Source: Mycolicibacterium smegmatis
GTDB lineage: Bacteria > Actinomycetota > Actinomycetes > Mycobacteriales > Mycobacteriaceae
Assembly: GCF_001457595.1 (NCBI RefSeq)
Contig: NZ_LN831039.1
Coordinates: forward strand, 3,090,001-3,122,000
Reading direction: 5' to 3'
Length of the DNA stretch: 32,000 bases
This document shows, in pieces, positions 26,906 to 32,000 of the stretch. How positions within the stretch are numbered: position 1 is the first letter of the stretch; every line of letters starts with the position of its first letter. The translations under genes and the position numbers were made by a program. Below the pieces are notes generated by a model. The model made no database searches. It was not told where the DNA came from and saw only the letters and a program-made list of their open reading frames with translations.

Positions 26906-27805
26906 CTACCTGGGGAGGGCCTGGCCGCCGCGGTACCCGAGGAGCTGGTCGTAGAGATCGGTGCGCCGGTCGCGGTGCAGATCGTTGAACTGGTTCCAGA
27001 TGGGCGCACCACGCGAGGCCGTGATGTCGATGTCGGCGTAGAGGATGGTGTCCTCATCCGGGCCGGCGATGCGGTCGATGGGCCAGCCGTTGGTGCCCGC
27101 GATGAGCGAGTTGCCCATGAACCCCGAGGTGCGTTCGGTTCCGATGCGGTCGGCCGTGGCGATGAAGACGTTGTTGACGTGGGCGGCCGTCATCGTCAGG
27201 TATGCGGCCATGCACGTGCCGCTGTCGTCGTACAGCGGTGGCGGGGTCCACACCCATCCCGTCGGGATGCAGATGATGTCGGCGCCCTGCTGGGCGACGA
27301 TGCGCGCGGTCTCGGGGAACCAGATGTCCCAGCAGACCAGCAGACCGATGCGGCCGATGCGGGTGTGGAACACCGGGTAACCCAGGTCGCCGGGGGAGAA
27401 GAACAGCTTCTCCTCGTTCCACAGGTGCGTCTTGCGGTACTTGCCGATATACCCCTCCGAGCCGACGAGGACCGCGGTGTCGAACAGTTCGACGCCGTCG
27501 AGCTCGGGCAGACAGCCGACGATGTACACGTCGTGGGCCGCCGCGAACTCGGCCCAGCCGGTGACGGTCGCGCCCGAGGGCACGGGCTCGGCGTGCGCAT
27601 AGGCCTCCTCGCGGGATTCGAACGTGTACCCCGTCGTCGCGAGCTCGGGCAGCACGATGAGGTTGGCGCCCCCGGCTACCGCTTGCTGAAGACGTTCGTA
27701 GACCGCTTCGGAGTTGGCCTTCAGGTTCTCGACCCCGACCTGCGGGTTGAACTGCACGACGGCCACGCGGGCGGGGCTGAACCGATGTGAGTCTTGATCA
27801 GGCAT
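26906..27805 (-). CDS. Carbon-nitrogen hydrolase (nitrilase superfamily)
   Basis: In-frame part of track ORF 26906..28123. The ATG at 27805 (MPDQDSHRFSPARVAVVQFNP...) has AAAGGA 6 nt upstream. The Glu-Lys-Cys triad contexts are present: LPELATTGY, YRKTHLW, LLVCWDIWFPE. Confidence 0.88.
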   Translation of the reverse strand: MPDQDSHRFSPARVAVVQFNPQVGVENLKANSEAVYERLQQAVAGGANLIVLPELATTGYTFESREEAYAHAEPVPSGATVTGWAEFAAAHDVYIVGCLPELDGVELFDTAVLVGSEGYIGKYRKTHLWNEEKLFFSPGDLGYPVFHTRIGRIGLLVCWDIWFPETARIVAQQGADIICIPTGWVWTPPPLYDDSGTCMAAYLTMTAAHVNNVFIATADRIGTERTSGFMGNSLIAGTNGWPIDRIAGPDEDTILYADIDITASRGAPIWNQFNDLHRDRRTDLYDQLLGYRGGQALPR

Positions 27806-27870
27806 AACGGATCCTTTTCGGCTTGGGATGGATTTGTGAGCGGTGATGGAACACGCCCGGCCCTGGTTGC

Positions 27871-27896
27871 CCGAACGTTCGGGCCGAACGTTCGGG
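27871..27896. promoter_or_regulatory. Exact tandem duplication of CCGAACGTTCGGG, each copy carrying the perfect 12-bp palindrome CCGAACGTTCGG; candidate LacI-family operator pair
   Basis: Read directly: 27871-27883 equals 27884-27896. The repeats sit in the 178-bp divergent region between the nitrilase operon start (27805) and the LacI gene start (27984). The central ACGT/CG core is typical of LacI/PurR-type operators. Confidence 0.55.
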
Positions 27897-27983
27897 TTAT
27901 ACTGCTCCGTGGTGTGCATCACTGTCAAGGGGTGCCCGGCCGGGTGTTCCCCAGCAAACTGAGAACCAACTGAAAGGCCGTGG

Positions 27984-29018
27984 GTGGGAAAGTCGAAGCA
28001 GCCGACACTCCAGTCGATCGCCGACGATCTCGGCCTGCACGTCTCGACCGTCGCGCGCGTGCTCAACGGTATGCGCGAGGGCGAGCGTGCGGCCTCGGGT
28101 GCCACGGCCGAGCGAATCCGCAAACGTGCGGCCGAGGTGAACTACCGGCCCAATCCGCATGCCGCGAGCCTGCGGACCCGGCGCACCAACCTGGTGGGCG
28201 TTCTCGTGCCGAGGCTCACCGACGTGGTGCTGGCCACGGTGTACGAGGGCATCGAATCGGCTGCCGCGGACCGGGGCCTGACGGCGTTCGTCGCCAACAC
28301 CCAGGACGAGACCGACCGTCAGCGCAAGCGGATCGACATGATGCTGGACCGGCGGGTGGACGGGTTGATCCTCGGCGACGCGCGTTCCGACGACCACACC
28401 GTGCTCGAGGAACTGACCCGCCGCGAGGTGCCGTTCGTGTTGGTCAACCGCAGCGTCGCCGACTATCCGGCGGCCACGTGTGACAACTACCTCGGCGGTC
28501 GGCTGGCCGCCGAACACCTTCTGGCGCTTGGCCATCGCCGCGTCGGCGTCATCGCCGGGCTCGCGCATGCGAGCACCGGCATCGACCGGCCCGCGGGTTT
28601 CGTGGACCGCTTCCGCGAGGCCGGCATCGAGGTGCCCGACGAGCTCATCGTGTACTCGGGTCTGGACAGTCAGGGGGGCCATTACGCGGCCGACCGGATG
28701 CTCGACGGCGACGCACCGCCGACCGCGATGTTCGCCGTCAACGACTTCGCCGCGATCGGTGCGGCCGGTGCGATCCGCAACCGCGGTCTGCGGGTGGGGC
28801 GGGACGTCTCCCTGATCGGGTTCAACAACATCGCCCTGACCGCCGAGATGCACGTCCCCCTGACCTCGATCGAATCGCGCGCCTTCGACATGGGCCGCGA
28901 CGCCCTGGAGTTGCTCGCCGACACGCTCGCAGGTGCGGCGCCCGCGCAGCGGCGCACGAAACCTGTTCTGGTGGTGCGAGAATCGACGTGCGACGCACAC
29001 GGCTCGGCCCTGACCTGA
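27984..29018 (+). CDS. LacI-family transcriptional regulator
   Basis: 344-aa ORF with a GTG start 6 nt after GAAAGG. It has an N-terminal HTH (TLQSIADDLGLHVSTVARVLNG) and a periplasmic-binding-protein-like effector domain. Confidence 0.9.
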   Translation: MGKSKQPTLQSIADDLGLHVSTVARVLNGMREGERAASGATAERIRKRAAEVNYRPNPHAASLRTRRTNLVGVLVPRLTDVVLATVYEGIESAAADRGLTAFVANTQDETDRQRKRIDMMLDRRVDGLILGDARSDDHTVLEELTRREVPFVLVNRSVADYPAATCDNYLGGRLAAEHLLALGHRRVGVIAGLAHASTGIDRPAGFVDRFREAGIEVPDELIVYSGLDSQGGHYAADRMLDGDAPPTAMFAVNDFAAIGAAGAIRNRGLRVGRDVSLIGFNNIALTAEMHVPLTSIESRAFDMGRDALELLADTLAGAAPAQRRTKPVLVVRESTCDAHGSALT

Positions 29019-29059
29019 TCGACCGCGCCGAGCGTGCGCGCGCCTCCTTGACAACGCGG

Positions 29060-29075
29060 TCGAACGCATGTTCGA
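29060..29075. promoter_or_regulatory. Perfect mycobacterial LexA SOS box TCGAAC-gcat-GTTCGA
   Basis: Read directly from the sequence. It lies 6 nt downstream of a perfect TTGACA (29048-29053) and covers the first ATG (29068) of the radical SAM ORF. Confidence 0.7.
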
Positions 29076-30102
29076 TGGTGGTGTGCGTTGGGATGAGCAG
29101 GCCGTGCGGGTCGATGACGGGGCGTTGCCCGGTCTGGCCCGTGTCGGCTTCGTCCGCAGCGTGCGGGCCCCGGAATTCGAGGGGATCACGTTCCACGAGG
29201 TGCTGTGCAAGTCGGCACTGAACAAGGTGCCCGCTGCGTCGGCGCTGCCGTTCCGGTTCACGGTCAACGGCTACCGCGGGTGCACGCATGCCTGCCGGTA
29301 CTGCTTCGCCCGGCCGACGCACGAATATCTCGACTTCGATCCGGGCGTGGATTTCGACCGCCAGATCGTCGTCAAGACCAACGTCGTGGAGGTCCTGCGC
29401 CGCGAGTTGCGGCGTCCCTCGTGGACGCACGAGACCGTCGCGCTCGGCACCAACACCGACCCGTACCAGCGCGCCGAGGGCCGCTATGCCCTCATGCCCG
29501 GAATCATCGGGGCACTGGCGGATTCGTACACGCCGTTCTCGGTCCTGACCAAGGGCACGCTGCTGCGGCGAGACCTGGGACTGATCGCTGAGGCGGCCCG
29601 TCGCGTCGAGGTCAGCGTCGCGGTGTCGCTGGCGATCGGCGACGCAGACCTGCACCGCGACATCGAGCCCGGTACGCCGTCACCGCAGGCCCGGTTGGCG
29701 CTGATCTCCGCGATCCGCGACGCCGGCCTGTCGTGCCACGTGATGGTGGCGCCGGTGCTCCCGTACCTGACCGATTCGGCCGAGCACCTCGACGATCTCC
29801 TGGGCCGCATCGCGGAAGCGGGCGCCACGAGTGTCACGGCGTTCGGGCTGCATCTGCGGGGGAGCACCCGCGGATGGTTCATGTCGTGGCTGGCGTCGTC
29901 GCATCCGGAGCTGGTCTGGAAGTACCGCCAGCTCTACCGCAAAGGCGCGTATCTACCTGCCGAGTACCGGCACATGTTGCACGACCGCGTGCAGCCGCTG
30001 ATCGTCAAGCACGGGCTGGCCGGTCAGCCGCGGATGCCCGCGCCGGAGACGCCGACGCCGCAGGTCGCACGGCCCGAGCCGGTGCAGGCCGCGCTGTTCT
30101 GA
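29068..30102 (+). CDS. Radical SAM protein, Rv2578c / SplB-like ('DNA repair photolyase' COG) family
   Basis: 344-aa ORF with the CxxxCxxC cluster motif GCTHACRYC. It is the conserved neighbour of the hisS region in mycobacteria (recollection). The start is uncertain: GTG 29083 (giving MRWDEQAV...) is a strong alternative because the ATG at 29068 lies inside the SOS box. Confidence 0.85.
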   Translation: MFDGGVRWDEQAVRVDDGALPGLARVGFVRSVRAPEFEGITFHEVLCKSALNKVPAASALPFRFTVNGYRGCTHACRYCFARPTHEYLDFDPGVDFDRQIVVKTNVVEVLRRELRRPSWTHETVALGTNTDPYQRAEGRYALMPGIIGALADSYTPFSVLTKGTLLRRDLGLIAEAARRVEVSVAVSLAIGDADLHRDIEPGTPSPQARLALISAIRDAGLSCHVMVAPVLPYLTDSAEHLDDLLGRIAEAGATSVTAFGLHLRGSTRGWFMSWLASSHPELVWKYRQLYRKGAYLPAEYRHMLHDRVQPLIVKHGLAGQPRMPAPETPTPQVARPEPVQAALF

Positions 30103-30142
30103 CGGACCGGCAGTGGCCAACCTCACCCTCGGCCGCCTGCCA

Positions 30143-30190
30143 ATAGTTATGTTTTTATAACTATAATCTGATCGGTAATGCGCTGATCAG
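30143..30190 (+). promoter_or_regulatory. AT-rich promoter/operator island upstream of the Bcr/CflA gene
   Basis: An inverted repeat ATAGTTAT-n6-ATAACTAT spans 30143-30164 and overlaps a perfect TATAAT (30162-30167). CTGATC (30168-30173) and the palindromic CTGATCAG (30183-30190) follow. There is no good -35 element. Confidence 0.5.
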
Positions 30191-30203
30191 AAGTCGAGGG
30201 TTG

Positions 30204-31487
30204 ATGAGGATACGAACTGCCGCGCCGGGGACCACCACGCCGACACTGGCGTTGATCATTCTGCTGGCTCTGCTCAACGCCGTGACTCCCTTCTCGGTCG
30301 ACATGTACATGTCGGCCTTCCCGGCAATGGCCGTCGAGTTCGGCACCTCGGCGTCGGTCGTGCAACTCACCCTGACCACGTTCCTCATCGGACTGGCCAC
30401 CGGCCAGCTGTTCATCGGCCAGTTGTCCGACCGGCTCGGGCGCCGCGGCCCGTTGCTCGTGGGCATCGTCGCGTGCCTGGTGGCGAGCCTGCTGTGCGCG
30501 GTGAGCCCCTCCATCGAGGTTCTGATCATGCTGCGATTCGTGCAGGGCTTCGCGGGAGCCGCAGGCATCGTGATCGCGCGGGCGATCATCTCCGATCGCT
30601 CCAAGGGGTCCCAGGCCGCGAAACTGTACTCGGTGATGATGGTGATCGGAGTCCTGGCGCCGATCCTGGCACCGGTCCTGGGCGGTCAGGTGGTCGCCGG
30701 TTTCGGTTGGCGCGCGGTGTTTCTCGCGCTCGCCGGGTTGAACCTGGTGATGTTGCTGGGCGCGCTCTTCATGGCGGGCGAATCGCTGCCGCCCGAGGCG
30801 CGCCGGCCTGCCGGGTTGAAAGCCTTTGCCGGCAGCGCGGCCTCGGTTCTGACCAACCGCCGCTTCATGGGCTACACACTGACGCTGTCGTGTTCGGGCG
30901 CGGCCATGTTCTCCTACATCTCGGCCTCGCCGTTCGTGCTGCAGAACATCATCGGTCTGTCGCCGCGCGCGTTCTCGTTCACCTTCGGCGGATGCGCACT
31001 GGCCGTGGCGGTCTCGGGCGTGATCTCGGCCCGGTTGGTGGGCCGGTTCGGGCCGCGCAAGCTGCTGCTCGGCGGGGTGTCGGCCATGGTGGTCGTCGCG
31101 GCGTTGATGCTGCTGAACGTCACCGTCGGCGGCGTCGTCCCTGCGGTGACCGTGGCGCTGATGGCGTGCTTCATGGGCACCGTCGGGTTCACCTTCGCCA
31201 ACGCCACCACGCTGGCCATCGGCGAGGTGCGCCACGCGGCCGGAACCGGTTCTGCTGTCATCGGATTCCTGCAGTACGGCCTGGGTGCGGTCGCCTCGCC
31301 GCTGGTGGGCCTGGCCGGCGAGCACAGCGCGGTGCCGATGGGCGTGGCGATGTTCACGTGCGCCGCACTGGCGGCGACGGCGCTGCTGGTGCTCACGCGC
31401 GGGCACATCCCGAGCTACGACGACGAACTCGCCGACCTCGACGCAGACCTCACGGCGGTGTCAGCAGGGGAGTCCACGGCTCGGTGA
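30204..31487 (+). CDS. MFS multidrug efflux transporter, Bcr/CflA subfamily
   Basis: Track ORF 30201..31487 starts at a TTG; I prefer the ATG at 30204. It has 12 TM spans, motif A (GQLSDRLGRRGPLL), and an N-terminal LNAVTPFSVDMYMSAFPAMA segment typical of Bcr/CflA. Confidence 0.85.
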   Translation: MRIRTAAPGTTTPTLALIILLALLNAVTPFSVDMYMSAFPAMAVEFGTSASVVQLTLTTFLIGLATGQLFIGQLSDRLGRRGPLLVGIVACLVASLLCAVSPSIEVLIMLRFVQGFAGAAGIVIARAIISDRSKGSQAAKLYSVMMVIGVLAPILAPVLGGQVVAGFGWRAVFLALAGLNLVMLLGALFMAGESLPPEARRPAGLKAFAGSAASVLTNRRFMGYTLTLSCSGAAMFSYISASPFVLQNIIGLSPRAFSFTFGGCALAVAVSGVISARLVGRFGPRKLLLGGVSAMVVVAALMLLNVTVGGVVPAVTVALMACFMGTVGFTFANATTLAIGEVRHAAGTGSAVIGFLQYGLGAVASPLVGLAGEHSAVPMGVAMFTCAALAATALLVLTRGHIPSYDDELADLDADLTAVSAGESTAR

Positions 31488-31517
31488 GCGTGCGCGGAAT
31501 TTCTCTTGCGGGAGAAA

Positions 31518-32000
31518 TCAACCCTTGTTGCGCTTGACTTCCCGGAACGGCACGCCGCGGTCGGCGGCGTGCTCGCGCGGGAAGCCGAGTACACGCTCGC
31601 CGATGACGTTGCGTGCCATCTCCGAACTGCCGCCGCCCAGCGAGCCGGTCTGCCGCGACAGGTACCGCACGCCGATGTCGAGCATGCCGTCGAAGTCCCC
31701 GCCCTCGTCGACCACACCGGCGGTGCCCGCGATGGCCAGCGCGGTGTCCACCTCCAACTCGGTGGTCTCGGCGTGGAACAACCGGATCAGTGTGCCCGCC
31801 GTCGGCGGCAGGGCGCCCGCCGCGATCGCCTGCGTGACATGGTCGATCAACTGCGTCTTGACCGCCCGCCGCACCAGGGCGCGGCCGGCGAGGTCCTGGA
31901 CGAACGGATCGTCGGCGCGGCCGAGTGCCTCGGCGAGGCCGACGTGGTCGGGCGGCATCTCGTTGGCGTTCTCCGCTCCGGTGCCGCTGGCGAACTCGGA
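31518..32000 (-). CDS. Acyl-CoA dehydrogenase, C-terminal domain; the 5' end lies outside the window
   Basis: The frame of track ORF 31518..31958 stays open to nt 32000. The C-terminal helical-domain sequence ...RYLSRQTGSLGGGSSEMARNVIGERVLGFPRE is typical of FadE-type ACADs. Confidence 0.8.
   Translation of the reverse strand, partial: SEFASGTGAENANEMPPDHVGLAEALGRADDPFVQDLAGRALVRRAVKTQLIDHVTQAIAAGALPPTAGTLIRLFHAETTELEVDTALAIAGTAGVVDEGGDFDGMLDIGVRYLSRQTGSLGGGSSEMARNVIGERVLGFPREHAADRGVPFREVKRNKG

Noticed and set aside
3886-29018. The accessory blocks as recently acquired mobile genomic islands.
   Set aside because: I see no integrase, transposase or tRNA gene, and no obvious flanking direct repeats. 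Composition looks like the backbone by eye. They are better explained as lineage-specific metabolic loci.
29032-29043. The motif gagcgtgcgcg(c/g) recurs at 16189-16200 (repeat hairpin arm), 29032-29043 and 31487-31497. I considered these as dispersed fragments of the repeat family.
   Set aside because: Only 11-14 nt are shared, and the sequence is very GC-rich. This cannot be distinguished from chance without a genome-wide search.
31499-31518. Short hairpin atttctc-ttgcgg-gagaaat between the convergent Bcr/CflA and acyl-CoA dehydrogenase genes, considered as a terminator.
   Set aside because: The stem is only 7 bp and AT-rich, and it overlaps the ACAD stop codon. That is too weak to call.

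Overview
High-GC actinobacterial chromosome segment. No G+C value or database search was run. The conserved backbone is a family-5 SBP gene, apt, relA, a membrane cyclophilin ppiB, an MBL-fold glyoxalase-II-like gene, hisS and an Rv2578c-type radical SAM gene. This matches the mycobacterial relA-hisS neighbourhood as I remember it, and the extra genes look like a fast-growing Mycobacterium/Mycolicibacterium (smegmatis-like). That assignment is recollection, not a search result. Two accessory blocks interrupt the backbone. Block 1 (3.9-11.8 kb) holds an MFS sugar-porter-type transporter plus a flavin reductase. Divergent from these is a translationally coupled DUF1989 / Old-Yellow-Enzyme / NodB-deacetylase trio, followed by a PucR-type regulator and an NCS1 purine-cytosine-type permease. 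Block 2 (16.3-29.0 kb) holds a complete urea ABC transporter operon (urtABCDE) and an orphan secreted MmpS-like protein. It also holds a five-gene operon (nitrilase-superfamily hydrolase, unknown polytopic membrane protein, amidase, fused class-I Fe-S fumarase-type hydratase, alpha/beta hydrolase) under a divergent LacI regulator. A Bcr/CflA MFS efflux gene and the 3' end of an acyl-CoA dehydrogenase gene close the window. Most noteworthy non-coding or odd signals:
- Two perfect matches to the mycobacterial LexA SOS box. One overlaps the radical SAM gene start; the other sits inside a 36-bp perfect palindrome between convergent genes.
- An exact tandem duplication of a 13-bp unit carrying a 12-bp palindrome in the LacI/nitrilase control region.
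- A cluster of structured REP/MITE-like repeats downstream of hisS.
- A tandem cyclophilin paralogue broken by one in-frame TAA.
- A weak ykkC-like leader upstream of the DUF1989 gene.
- A sharply AT-rich promoter island upstream of the efflux gene.
I recognised no rRNA, tRNA, CRISPR array, transposase or integrase. The many long Arg/Gly/His-rich track ORFs antisense to these genes are treated as high-GC shadow ORFs.
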